Shown: positions 37,913 to 47,306 of the stretch, in pieces | Layout: every line of letters starts with the position of its first letter | How positions within the stretch are numbered: the stretch's first letter is position 1 | Source: Fusicatenibacter sp. | GTDB taxonomy: Bacteria; Bacillota; Clostridia; Lachnospirales; Lachnospiraceae | NCBI GenBank assembly: GCA_022766945.1 | Contig: JALEOU010000021.1 | Span: 29,694-93,693, forward strand | DNA: 64,000 nucleotides | Direction of reading: 5' to 3' | Notes under the pieces: model-generated | Seen by the model: the letters and a program-made list of their open reading frames with translations, nothing else | Databases searched by the model: none | Told to the model about the DNA's origin: nothing | Program-made: the position numbers and the translations under genes

Positions 37913-39313
37913 ATGAAAGAGAAAAACGAAAACAAGAAAAAAACATTTCAGCCCCCTCATACGTTTGTGATTCTGGTCGTTTTGATTGTTCTTGCGGCAA
38001 TCGCAACCTATTTTGTTCCAGCCGGAGAATACACCCGCTACAAAGATGAGACACTGGGCAGGACACTGGTAGAAGCAGGGAGCTATCATACCGTGGAATC
38101 TCATCCGGTCAGCTTGTTTTCCGTTCCCGGAATCATCTACCGCGCTATTGTATCCGCAGCTTCCACCGTTACTTTTATTTTGATGATCGGCGGTGCCTTT
38201 GAGATTATTACTTCGACGGGCGCTTTAACTGCCCTCTGCCGAAAACTTTCCAAAATGTTCGTCGGAAAAGAATATTTTGTGATTCCGGTTTTTCTGGTTC
38301 TGTTTTCCATCTTCGGTACCACCATGGGAATGTCCTCTGAGGTTATGATTTTCATACCCATCGGTATCACGCTTGCCCTGTCTCTCGGGCTGGACAAGGT
38401 TACCGGTGTCGCCATGATTGCCATGGGTGCAGCATCCGGATTCACAGCCGGTCTGCTGAATCCGTTTAATGTGGGTATTGCACAGGATATTGCAGAGCTG
38501 CCTATGTTTTCCGGTATCGGATATCGTGCCGTGATCCTGGCTGTACTTCTCGTCATTGACACTGTTTATATTATCGCCTATGAAAAAAAGGTGAAAGCAC
38601 ACCCGGAAAAAAGTATTCTCTATGGTCTTCCCGAAAGTGATGAATATCGCTTCGATGAATCCTCTGCCTCCATTTCCAAACGTCAGATTCTCGTTCTTGT
38701 GGAAGTGGCTGTCGGATTTATCGTTCTGATTTATGGTCTTGGCAAGCTTGACTGGTATTTTGAAGAAATGTCTGCTCTGTTTCTGGTCATGGGTGTGCTG
38801 GCCGGTATCATTAACGGTTATGGACCAAATAAAATCGCATCCACTTTCGGAAAAGGTGCCGCGGGCATCACAGTCGGCGCTTTGATTGTCGGTGTTGCAA
38901 AAGGTGTGGAGCTTGTGCTTTCGGATGCTCAGATTCTGGACACCATCGTCTATGCCATCGCGAATGTCGTGAATGCTCTTCCGCATACGTTCCAAGCAGT
39001 CGGCATGTTTATTGCTCAATCCTTTATCAACTGCCTGATTACTTCCGGTACCGGGCAGGCAGCTGTAACTATGCCACTTATGACACCGGTCGCTGACCTG
39101 GTGGGAATTACCAGACAGACCGCCGTCCTCGCTTTCCAGCTCGGTGATGGATTCTCAAACTCCATTTTGCCGACTTCTTCCGCGCTGATGGGCTATCTGG
39201 TTGTATCTAAGATTCCTTATCCGAAATGGTTGAAATTTATGGTTCCCCTGTTCCTTCTCTGGACGCTGGCCGGATGCATCTTCATGGTCATCGCAGTGGC
39301 AATCGGATATTAA
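37913..39313 (+). CDS. YfcC family (DcuC/AbgT-like) membrane transporter
   Basis: It is 466 aa and polytopic. The N-terminus FQPPHTFVILVVLIVLAAIATYFVPAGEY is typical of YfcC proteins. Confidence 0.8.
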   Translation: MKEKNENKKKTFQPPHTFVILVVLIVLAAIATYFVPAGEYTRYKDETLGRTLVEAGSYHTVESHPVSLFSVPGIIYRAIVSAASTVTFILMIGGAFEIITSTGALTALCRKLSKMFVGKEYFVIPVFLVLFSIFGTTMGMSSEVMIFIPIGITLALSLGLDKVTGVAMIAMGAASGFTAGLLNPFNVGIAQDIAELPMFSGIGYRAVILAVLLVIDTVYIIAYEKKVKAHPEKSILYGLPESDEYRFDESSASISKRQILVLVEVAVGFIVLIYGLGKLDWYFEEMSALFLVMGVLAGIINGYGPNKIASTFGKGAAGITVGALIVGVAKGVELVLSDAQILDTIVYAIANVVNALPHTFQAVGMFIAQSFINCLITSGTGQAAVTMPLMTPVADLVGITRQTAVLAFQLGDGFSNSILPTSSALMGYLVVSKIPYPKWLKFMVPLFLLWTLAGCIFMVIAVAIGY

Positions 39314-39325
39314 GACACCTGTAAA

Positions 39326-39364
39326 AAAGAGCTGCCGTGAATCCTCAAAATGCAGCTCTTTTTC
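39326..39364 (+). terminator. Hairpin with T-tract after the YfcC gene
   Basis: The stem aaagagctgc / gcagctcttt is followed by ttt. Confidence 0.6.
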
Positions 39365-39388
39365 TGATTTCAGTGAGGTACCGCTCTT

Positions 39389-41095
39389 ATGACATTATCG
39401 GAAAAAGAAAACAAAAAAACGGAACTTTTCCATCATTTACAGAAATTATGTAAGGGAGAAAAACTCAGCGGCAGCACGGACGCCCGGGAAGGAGTCCGCT
39501 ATCTCTGCAGTTTTCTGCAGCAAAACGGGATTCCCTTTGAAACTTATACCTTTTCCGCTTATCTGAGTAATCCTCTGGAAAGTCATTTTCTGGTATTTGA
39601 TGAACACTCGGAAAAAGCTGACACAAAACGGGAAATCAAAAGCCGCCCCCGCTCCTTTTCCATGAACTGTCCCCAAATGGTGCGTGGGGAATTGCTTTTT
39701 GATCCATTTTCCTGTAGTTCTTCCCATCTTATGGAAGAGCAGGAATTCTTAAAATCAGTCAGGGGGAAACTGATTCTTGCCTTTGGCTATGATGAGAAAT
39801 ACGCAAAGCTGCTGGAACAGTACGGGGCTGCCGGATGGATCCAGATCTGGACATCCGATGAAGATGAAATCCATGAGGATACCGTGGGAACCATCTGGGG
39901 TACCCCGGATCTGGAATCCGTCTGGTCCACGCTTCATCTTCCCGTAGCAGCAATCAGTGGTCCCGACGGAAAACGTCTGATCGCCCGCCTTCAGAATGGA
40001 GAAAAGCTCACTGCCGGCCTGCAGGTAACCGTAGATACTCATGTCCAGGAAGTGATACTTCCCGTGGCGGAAATCAAAGGGACATCCGATGATTTTGTGC
40101 TTCTCTCCGGTCATTATGATACCTGGTATGAGGGTGCCATGGATAACGGCTCTTCCAATTCCATTATGCTGGAACTTGCATCAGAATTTTACAGAATGAA
40201 CCGGCAGACGCCGCTTGCAAGAAGCCTTCGCATCGCATGGTGGCCGGGCCATTCCAACGGAAGATACATGGGTTCCACCTGGTATGCAGACTATTTTCAT
40301 CAGGATCTGTCTGCAAACTGCATCGCTCATATCAACAGTGATCTGACCGGTTCTGTCACCTCCGACATCCTGACGGTCAGAACTACCGGATTGGAAGGTA
40401 GTGCCTTCTATCAGGAATTATGCGACAGACTTCATGTCGATCCGCCGGCCATCTTTGGAAAGATCGGACGGGGCGCTGACCAGTCCTTCTGGGGAGAACG
40501 CATTCCCTATCATATTGCCCTGCGCCGAGAACGGCTTCCGGAACGGAAGGAATCTGCAGCGCCAGGTTCCGGAGACTGGTGGTGGCACACCCGCTATGAT
40601 ACCATTGACAAAGTAGATCCTGAAGCCATGTTTCTGGAATACCGGTATCTGTATGGACTTTTGCGTGCTTTCCTGATGTACCCGGAATTACCCGCAGATC
40701 CTGACTTCTATTTTGACCTGATGGATCAGGAGCTTTCTGAGATCGAACAAAGCGGAACCGAATCAACCAGAGAAATCCGGGAGCTTCTGGCCGCAATTCA
40801 TATACAGATGGAAGCGCTTCTCCGTCAAAACCGTCTGAAGAAAGAGATTCTGAAAGAGACCGCCGGGCGAATTCATCAGCTGCGCCAGAGTTACGGCGCA
40901 GCGCATGCACAGGATCTTGCTTTTTCCTGGGGTACGTTTCCTCTTCTTCGCGCCGGTGCGCAGAAGAGGGAGAACTGTCCCAAAGACTGGTATCTTTTTG
41001 CGGAAACAACCTTTATACGACAGAAAAACAGATGTATCGACACATTAACCGAAATCAACAAAACACTAAAACATACCCTGGAGGAATTGCAGTGA
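39389..41095 (+). CDS. M28 family metallopeptidase with PA-like insert
   Basis: It has LLSGHYDTWYEGAMDNGSS and WWPGHSNGRYMGSTWY, consistent with a co-catalytic zinc aminopeptidase fold. Confidence 0.7.
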   Translation: MTLSEKENKKTELFHHLQKLCKGEKLSGSTDAREGVRYLCSFLQQNGIPFETYTFSAYLSNPLESHFLVFDEHSEKADTKREIKSRPRSFSMNCPQMVRGELLFDPFSCSSSHLMEEQEFLKSVRGKLILAFGYDEKYAKLLEQYGAAGWIQIWTSDEDEIHEDTVGTIWGTPDLESVWSTLHLPVAAISGPDGKRLIARLQNGEKLTAGLQVTVDTHVQEVILPVAEIKGTSDDFVLLSGHYDTWYEGAMDNGSSNSIMLELASEFYRMNRQTPLARSLRIAWWPGHSNGRYMGSTWYADYFHQDLSANCIAHINSDLTGSVTSDILTVRTTGLEGSAFYQELCDRLHVDPPAIFGKIGRGADQSFWGERIPYHIALRRERLPERKESAAPGSGDWWWHTRYDTIDKVDPEAMFLEYRYLYGLLRAFLMYPELPADPDFYFDLMDQELSEIEQSGTESTREIRELLAAIHIQMEALLRQNRLKKEILKETAGRIHQLRQSYGAAHAQDLAFSWGTFPLLRAGAQKRENCPKDWYLFAETTFIRQKNRCIDTLTEINKTLKHTLEELQ

Positions 41096-42279
41096 TGAAA
41101 GAATTACTCAGCAGCGCGATTGATGCCAGAAAGAAAGATCTGACCGCGATGGCGGATCAGATTTTTGACTGGGCCGAAATCAGCGGAAAAGAATATCAAT
41201 CCAGCGCGCTTCTTATGGACTATCTCCGAAAAGAAGGATTTTCTGTAGAGCAGGGCACGGGACTGGAAACCGCTTTTCGTGCAACCTATCAAAACCTGGA
41301 AGGAGGTCCCACAATCGGAATTCTGGTAGAATATGATGCCCTGGAAGGCATCGGACACGCCTGCAGTCATCATCTGCAGGGGCCTTCCGGAATCGGTGCC
41401 GCCATTGCCGTCAAGGAATGTATCCGGGATCTTCCCTACCGCCTTGTCCTCTACGGGACCCCTGCAGAAGAAACGCTGGGCGGAAAAATTGTGATGCTGG
41501 ATGCCGGATATATGAAAGAGCTGGACCTGGTTTTCATGTCCCATGGTTCCCCCACTACAGGCGTGGATGAAAAATGCATGGCACTGGAAAACTTTGTGAT
41601 TACCTTTCACGGTGTAAAAAGTCACGCCGCCATTGCACCGGAAAAAGGACGCAGCGCTTTTGATGCCGCCCTGCTCTCTTTTCATGCGCTCGAAATGCTG
41701 CGGGAACATGTACCGGAAGATACCAGAATGCACTATACCATAAGAAATGCCGGCGGTCCTCCAAATGTTGTCCCGGATACCGCCGTCGCGGAATATACTC
41801 TTCGTTCTTACAACACAGCAACCTTGAATGAGATTGTTGACCGTTTTCTCAATATCATTCGGGGCGCCTCTCTAATGACCTCCACGACTTATGAAGTACA
41901 AAGAGATCTTCCGTTTAAGAGCAAGATTGTTAGCCATACCGTCAATGATCTGCTGATGAAAAATGCCGCTTATGAGCATGCTCCGTGTATCGCACCTCCC
42001 CGTCCGAAAACCGGTTCCTCGGATTTTGGAAATGTATTGTATGAAATCCCCGGATCCTGTATCCGGATTGCCTTTGTCGGAAAAAATGCCTCTGCTCACT
42101 CCGAAGAGTACCTCAGAGCAGGAAAAACAAAGGCCGCGCACGATGCCATTCTCTATGCTGCCAAAATAATTGCCGACAGCATAGCAGACGTTTTGATGGA
42201 TCCGGATCTTCTGAAATCCATCAAGCAAGAATTCGCCGAAGCAAAAAAAGCTCTCGCAGATGGCGGGTACCAGGCATGA
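41095..42279 (+). CDS. M20 family amidohydrolase (AbgB / aminobenzoyl-glutamate hydrolase-like)
   Basis: It has GHACSHHLQG, YGTPAEETLGGK and a dimerisation insert. The start overlaps the previous stop (TGATG). Confidence 0.8.
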   Translation: MKELLSSAIDARKKDLTAMADQIFDWAEISGKEYQSSALLMDYLRKEGFSVEQGTGLETAFRATYQNLEGGPTIGILVEYDALEGIGHACSHHLQGPSGIGAAIAVKECIRDLPYRLVLYGTPAEETLGGKIVMLDAGYMKELDLVFMSHGSPTTGVDEKCMALENFVITFHGVKSHAAIAPEKGRSAFDAALLSFHALEMLREHVPEDTRMHYTIRNAGGPPNVVPDTAVAEYTLRSYNTATLNEIVDRFLNIIRGASLMTSTTYEVQRDLPFKSKIVSHTVNDLLMKNAAYEHAPCIAPPRPKTGSSDFGNVLYEIPGSCIRIAFVGKNASAHSEEYLRAGKTKAAHDAILYAAKIIADSIADVLMDPDLLKSIKQEFAEAKKALADGGYQA

Positions 42280-42332
42280 GCAAATCTCAATGCAGTCGCG
42301 CTTATCCTCTTTCAAAATAGCTCAGAATCTGC

Positions 42333-42360
42333 TTGACTTTTTGTATTTTCAACTTATAAT
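42333..42360 (+). promoter_or_regulatory. Sigma-A-type promoter of the thiW-thiM leader
   Basis: The plus strand reads TTGACT (42333-42338), a 16-nt spacer, then TATAAT (42355-42360). Confidence 0.6.
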
Positions 42361-42366
42361 ATCTGT

Positions 42367-42636
42367 AGAGCTTCTGTACGGAAGAAGAACGGTTCAGAGA
42401 TCCTCTGAATCGTTTGATGGAATACTTATGGGAGGGGGAGCGCCCTAACATGGTGTACAGAAGAGATAGCGATGGGAGTCCGTGTTTCGGATTGAGAGGA
42501 TGCAAGTGAGCATCGACCGCATGATCAGGCTGCAGAGCGGCTGCCATTGCTATGTCCGGATTTTTGTTTGACACAGTAGAAAGCGTGCCGCCGGCACGCT
42601 TTTTTTCTGCCGTATATCCGGCAAAAGGAGGTCAAA
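42367..42636 (+). promoter_or_regulatory. Long structured 5' leader ending in an intrinsic terminator; candidate (atypical) TPP-type riboswitch
   Basis: The leader is about 270 nt. It contains a 12-bp hairpin (42388-42414) and a multistem junction closed by GCGAUGG (42469-75) / CCAUUGC (42544-50). That junction holds GGGAG, a UGAGA bulge and UGAUC. A terminator at 42580-42607 comes next, then RBS aaggagg. I could not find the canonical 3' GCGUAGGGA block. Confidence 0.5.
42580..42607 (+). terminator. Leader (attenuator) terminator upstream of thiW
   Basis: The stem agcgtgcc/ggcacgct is followed by tttttt, 30 nt before the thiW ATG. Confidence 0.8.
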
Positions 42637-43365
42637 ATGAAAAAGAACAAACATGTAATGAAGCTCGTTTTTCTTGCCATGATGGTGGCGCTCGGCGTCG
42701 TTATTTCGCCGATCCTTCGCGTGGAAGGTATGTGTCCGATGGCACACTTTATCAATGTCACCTGCGCGGTTCTCTTAGGGCCGTGGTATGCCTTTGTCTG
42801 CGCACTGGCGATCGGTATCATCCGAATGGCTTTTATGGGAATTCCGCCTCTGGCACTCACCGGTGCCATATTCGGCGCATTTCTCTCCGGCATGCTCTAC
42901 CGTCTTTCCAAGGGTAAGCTGGTCTGTGCCTTTATCGGTGAGGTGATCGGAACCGGTATCATCGGAGCGATCGTATCCTACCCCGTCATGACGTTTCTCT
43001 GGGGACGAACCGGTCTGACCTGGTTTTTCTATGTACCCTCTTTTATCGCCGGTACTCTGATCGGCGGCAGTCTGGGATTCCTCTTCCTCAAACACCTTCA
43101 GAAAGCCAGACTGCTCTCCAGATTCCAGGATGCCCTGGGCTCAAAAGTCTATGAGGGAAGCGACACCGTGATAAATGATGCACTTGGAATTGCCTTTTTA
43201 GGCTTTATCGGCTACCTGGCAACCCTGGTGGCAGTACGTATCTTCATTTCATCCCCGGGGCCGGTGGCAAACAGCCTGAAATACGTGGTACTTGCCGCCT
43301 TTATCCTCGGTGCCGCCATCTACTGGTTTGTAAAAAAGCCAGAGGCCGTATCCGGCAGCATCTGA
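42637..43365 (+). CDS. thiW: ECF-type thiazole transporter S component ThiW with extra C-terminal TM region
   Basis: It reads LVFLAMMVALGVVISPILRVEGMCPMAHFINVTCAVLLGPWYA. A C-terminal extension of about 70 aa adds two further hydrophobic helices. Confidence 0.8.
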   Translation: MKKNKHVMKLVFLAMMVALGVVISPILRVEGMCPMAHFINVTCAVLLGPWYAFVCALAIGIIRMAFMGIPPLALTGAIFGAFLSGMLYRLSKGKLVCAFIGEVIGTGIIGAIVSYPVMTFLWGRTGLTWFFYVPSFIAGTLIGGSLGFLFLKHLQKARLLSRFQDALGSKVYEGSDTVINDALGIAFLGFIGYLATLVAVRIFISSPGPVANSLKYVVLAAFILGAAIYWFVKKPEAVSGSI

Positions 43366-43386
43366 AAATAACAGGGAGATTACACG

Positions 43387-44214
43387 ATGCAGGATTTGAT
43401 GGAACAATTTCGTAACGCACGGGCTGCCGTCCAAAGGCAAAGTCCTCTCATTCACAGTATTACCAGTCCCATAGCAATCAACGACTGTGCCAATGCCGTA
43501 CTCGCGCTTGGAGCCAAACCAATCATGGCTGAGCATCCATCGGAAGTGGCAAAAATCGCTCAGATGGCAGATGCTCTGACGGTCAGCCTGGCCAATATAA
43601 CCGATGCCCGGGCACAATCCATCCTGATCGCCGGACGGGAAAAAGCCGGTGTCATTGATCTGGTCGGCATTAACTGCTCTGATCTGCGCATGAATCTGGC
43701 CAGAACCTTTATCCGGGAATGTCATCCTGCGGTGATCAAAGGAAATGCTTCGGAAATCCGTGCAATCGCCGGAGCCGATTTCGATGCCCGCGGCATTGAT
43801 GTTGGAAAGAATGATGCCGTGACGCAAAGCAATCCGGACTCCTTGTCCCGTATGGCAAAAATCATGAAACCTTACGCCGCCCGTACCGGAGCAGTCATTC
43901 TGGCCAGCGGTGAAGTGGATCTGATTGCTGCTCCCGATGGGCAAACTCTCTATGCTGTGCAAAATGGTACCTCTGCTCTGTCCAAAGTCACCGGTACCGG
44001 CTGTATGCTGACCTGTATCACCGGTGTTTATCTGTCTGTCTCCGACCCGCTTACGGCATCACTGCTTGCTGCAGTCACTCTTGGAATTGCAGGCGAAATC
44101 ACGGATGACAGCCATGGCCTTGGCACATATCATATCGGCCTGATCGACTCCTTATCCCTGATGGACGATAAACTCCTTGCGAAGCGAATGAAGCTATCGT
44201 TGCTGCCTGTGTGA
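43387..44214 (+). CDS. thiM: Hydroxyethylthiazole kinase
   Basis: It has PLIHSITSPIAINDCANAVLALGAKPIMA and VTGTGCMLT. Confidence 0.93.
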   Translation: MQDLMEQFRNARAAVQRQSPLIHSITSPIAINDCANAVLALGAKPIMAEHPSEVAKIAQMADALTVSLANITDARAQSILIAGREKAGVIDLVGINCSDLRMNLARTFIRECHPAVIKGNASEIRAIAGADFDARGIDVGKNDAVTQSNPDSLSRMAKIMKPYAARTGAVILASGEVDLIAAPDGQTLYAVQNGTSALSKVTGTGCMLTCITGVYLSVSDPLTASLLAAVTLGIAGEITDDSHGLGTYHIGLIDSLSLMDDKLLAKRMKLSLLPV

Positions 44215-44329
44215 TACCATTCAGGTGGAAACGGACGTCAAGCCTCAAATAGATTCCATCGCCGGCATTTCTCAATGTTTATTACTGTTGTTACTGCTCA
44301 GATACTTTTGGGGATAGGGACTGATTGCC

Positions 44330-44359
44330 TTGACATGTTTTTTGGGGGAACGGTATAAT
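44330..44359 (+). promoter_or_regulatory. Sigma-A-type promoter
   Basis: The plus strand reads TTGACA (44330-44335), an 18-nt spacer, then TATAAT (44354-44359). Confidence 0.55.
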
Positions 44360-44412
44360 GGGTTCAGGTATAGATGTCTCACGAAAAGCTGATGGAGAAG
44401 GAGTTGATTTCT

Positions 44413-45780
44413 ATGAAATATGATGTAATCATTGTTGGTGCAGGTCCCGGCGGTATTTTTTCCGCTTACGAACTGGTTCAGAAAAAACCGGAACTGAATA
44501 TTGCCGTTTTCGAGGAGGGCTATCCTCTGGAGAAAAGGCATTGTCCGATTGATGGGGATAAGGTGAAAAGCTGCATCAAGTGCAAGACCTGTGCGATCAT
44601 GAGTGGTTTTGGAGGAGCCGGAGCATTCTCGGACGGAAAATACAATATTACAAATGATTTCGGCGGCACGCTTTACGAACATGTGGGGAAGAAACAGGCC
44701 ATCGAGCTGATGCAGTATGTGGATGAGATCAATGTTTCCCACGGCGGACAGGATACCAGAATGTATTCCACCGCTCAGACAAAATTTAAGAAGCTTTGTA
44801 TGCAAAACAAACTGCGTCTTCTGGACGCTTCCGTCAGACATCTCGGGACAGATATTAATTATGTCGTCCTGGAAAACCTCTATGCAGAGTTGAAAGATCA
44901 GGTGACTTTTTTCTTCCAGACTCCGGTAAAAACCCTGGAAGTGATCGAAGATGGTTATCGCGTCTACCATGGCGATACTTATGACGACTGTTCCAAATGT
45001 ATCATCTCCGTTGGACGCAGTGGAAGCAAGTGGATGGAATCTGTCTGCAATGAACTGAAAATTCCAACCAAATCCAACCGTGTGGATCTTGGTGTCCGTG
45101 TCGAACTGCCCGCAGTGATTTTCTCGCACCTGACGGACGAACTGTATGAAAGTAAAATTGTATACCGGACAGAAAAATTCGAAGATAATGTGCGTACCTT
45201 CTGTATGAATCCCTACGGAATTGTCGTAAATGAAAACACCAAGGGAATTGTGACTGTCAACGGTCACAGCTACGAAGATCCCTCCAAACAGACGGAAAAC
45301 ACTAATTTTGCCTTACTGGTAGCAAAACATTTTTCGGAACCTTTTAAGGATAGCAACGGTTACGGCGAAAGCATTGCAAGACTGTCCAATATGCTCGGCG
45401 GCGGCGTCATTGTTCAGCGCTTTGGTGACCTGGTGCGCGGACGGCGCAGTACGGTAAACCGTATTGAAGAGGGAATGGTTCGTCCCACACTCGCTGCAAC
45501 GCCTGGCGATCTGAGCCTGGTGCTTCCGAAACGAATTCTGGATGGAATTATTGAGATGATTTACGCTCTGGACAAAATCGCACCGGGAACTGCCAATGAT
45601 GATACACTGCTTTACGGCGTAGAAGTGAAATTCTATAATATGGAAGTGGACATTGATGAAAACCTGGAAACAAAATACAAAGGTCTTTATGTCATCGGTG
45701 ACGGCAGTGGTGTCACCCATTCTCTTTCCCATGCCTCCGCAAGCGGTGTTTATGTCGCACGCAAAATAGCCTCCGAATAA
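44413..45780 (+). CDS. FAD-dependent oxidoreductase (COG2509-like)
   Basis: It has the dinucleotide fold YDVIIVGAGPGGIFSAYEL and a C-terminal GDGSG. The start is ATG 44413 (RBS ggagaaggag). Confidence 0.8.
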   Translation: MKYDVIIVGAGPGGIFSAYELVQKKPELNIAVFEEGYPLEKRHCPIDGDKVKSCIKCKTCAIMSGFGGAGAFSDGKYNITNDFGGTLYEHVGKKQAIELMQYVDEINVSHGGQDTRMYSTAQTKFKKLCMQNKLRLLDASVRHLGTDINYVVLENLYAELKDQVTFFFQTPVKTLEVIEDGYRVYHGDTYDDCSKCIISVGRSGSKWMESVCNELKIPTKSNRVDLGVRVELPAVIFSHLTDELYESKIVYRTEKFEDNVRTFCMNPYGIVVNENTKGIVTVNGHSYEDPSKQTENTNFALLVAKHFSEPFKDSNGYGESIARLSNMLGGGVIVQRFGDLVRGRRSTVNRIEEGMVRPTLAATPGDLSLVLPKRILDGIIEMIYALDKIAPGTANDDTLLYGVEVKFYNMEVDIDENLETKYKGLYVIGDGSGVTHSLSHASASGVYVARKIASE

Positions 45781-45833
45781 ATACCACACCTCTTTTCCGG
45801 GTCCTGCTATTTCCATCAGGACCCGGGAACCTT

Positions 45834-45879
45834 AAAAAGGAAAAGCGCTTTTCTTCCAAAAAGTCTGCTTTTCCTTTTT
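45834..45879. terminator. Bidirectional terminator between convergent genes
   Basis: It has perfect 13-bp arms: aaaaaggaaaagc 45834-45846 / gcttttccttttt 45867-45879. A second hairpin lies at 45797-45826. Confidence 0.7.
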
Positions 45880-45892
45880 AAATTCTTCTTAA

Positions 45893-47245
45893 CTATAGTT
45901 CGTCTCTTGTCAGTTTTCGTACCCATTTTCCGTAGTTTGCCACGAGAAAAGCGGGAATGCATTTAAAGATCTGGTCCGCATTCAGGCAGCAGACAACAAC
46001 TGCCGGCGATGCTTTCACGACAAAGGCCATAAAGAAAGACAACGGCAATACAATCAGCCAGATGCTGATCAGATCCAGCTTCACTACATACATGGCATTT
46101 CCGCCGCCTCGGATAATACCGGTATTGGTCGCCATCTGATAAGACATTCCCACACATACCACACTCAGAATCTTCAGAAATGTGTTTGCCATCTCCTTTG
46201 TCTCCGGCCTCAGATCATAAAGGCTCAATACCGGAATCCGCAGGAAATATAATACGGTTCCGGAAATCAGTCCGATCACCAGAAACATCTTCTGCAGCCG
46301 AACGGCATAACATTTCACTTTTTCCATATCTCCGCTTCCCACTGTTTTTCCGATCATAACAGAAGCGGTGGAAGCCGCGCCGATCGCCATGGATTTTACC
46401 ATCAGAAACAGGTTCGATGCCGCACTGTTGGCTGCAATCGCTGCCGATGTCATATGCCCGAGAATCGCCGTCTGCAAAGCAGTGTTCACACCCCACAGCC
46501 CCTGTGTCAGCATCATGGGAGCCGTTATTCTAATGTAATCCCTGTCAAGCACCCGGTCAAACGAAAGGTAATCTCTCAGACGCAGTCTGAGAACCTTCTC
46601 TTTCTTCACCATATAAACCACAAGGACTGCCGTCTCCAGGATTCTGGCTGTCAGCGTCCCGATTGCTGCTCCTGCCGCTCCAAGTTCCGGAGCTCCAAAG
46701 CGGCCGAAAATCAGGATGGAATTGATGCCGCAGTTGACGCAAAAGGTCATCACAGACAGATAAAACGCGATCCTTACCGTTCCGATACTGCGCAGCGTTG
46801 CCAGAAGTATCTGCGTTACCGCAAAGAACAGATAAGTAAAACGGACAATCTTCACGTACCGTACCCCTTCTGCAATAATCTGTTCATCTGTTGTAAAACT
46901 TCCAAGTACCTGATAAGGGAAAAGACTCACCGCCAGGAATAAAAGAATTCCAATCACGAGTCCTGTATGCATTGCCGCAGCAGCGATCTTTTTTATCGGT
47001 GCAAGCTGACGCTTTCCCCAGTATTGACTGCAGAAAATCACCAGCCCTTCCCCTGCTGCAAACAAAAGCTGCTGGTAAATAAACTGTATCTGATTGACCG
47101 TTGTCACACCGGAAAGTGCTGTTTCCCGGTAGGCTCCAAGCATGATATTATCCGCCAGATTGACACTGATTGTTATCACATTCTGCAGAACAAGCGCTGC
47201 ATAAACAGAGAAAAAATTTCTGTAAAAGGCTTTCTCGGCTTTCAT
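45893..47245 (-). CDS. MATE family efflux transporter
   Basis: It has 12 TMs and a typical MATE N-terminus (FYRNFFSVYAALVLQNVITISVNLADNIMLG). The start is ATG 47245 (GAGGAA upstream). Confidence 0.88.
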   Translation of the reverse strand: MKAEKAFYRNFFSVYAALVLQNVITISVNLADNIMLGAYRETALSGVTTVNQIQFIYQQLLFAAGEGLVIFCSQYWGKRQLAPIKKIAAAAMHTGLVIGILLFLAVSLFPYQVLGSFTTDEQIIAEGVRYVKIVRFTYLFFAVTQILLATLRSIGTVRIAFYLSVMTFCVNCGINSILIFGRFGAPELGAAGAAIGTLTARILETAVLVVYMVKKEKVLRLRLRDYLSFDRVLDRDYIRITAPMMLTQGLWGVNTALQTAILGHMTSAAIAANSAASNLFLMVKSMAIGAASTASVMIGKTVGSGDMEKVKCYAVRLQKMFLVIGLISGTVLYFLRIPVLSLYDLRPETKEMANTFLKILSVVCVGMSYQMATNTGIIRGGGNAMYVVKLDLISIWLIVLPLSFFMAFVVKASPAVVVCCLNADQIFKCIPAFLVANYGKWVRKLTRDEL

Positions 47246-47306
47246 TTTCGATTCCTCATTTATCATTTCATCATCGCACATTTCTCTCCGAAAAATGGCT
47301 GTTTAT

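Noticed and set aside
42415-42507. A 30-aa plus-strand ORF inside the thiW leader (MEYLWEGERPNMVYRRDSDGSPCFGLRGCK), a possible leader peptide.
   Set aside because: It has no Shine-Dalgarno sequence upstream of the ATG and no codon bias relevant to thiamine control. Its sequence is mostly engaged in predicted RNA helices.
42302-42574. A 90-aa minus-strand ORF in the M20-thiW intergenic region, a possible small protein or mobile-element remnant.
   Set aside because: It has no RBS and no recognisable family. It lies antisense to a plus-strand promoter, structured leader and terminator that explain the region better.
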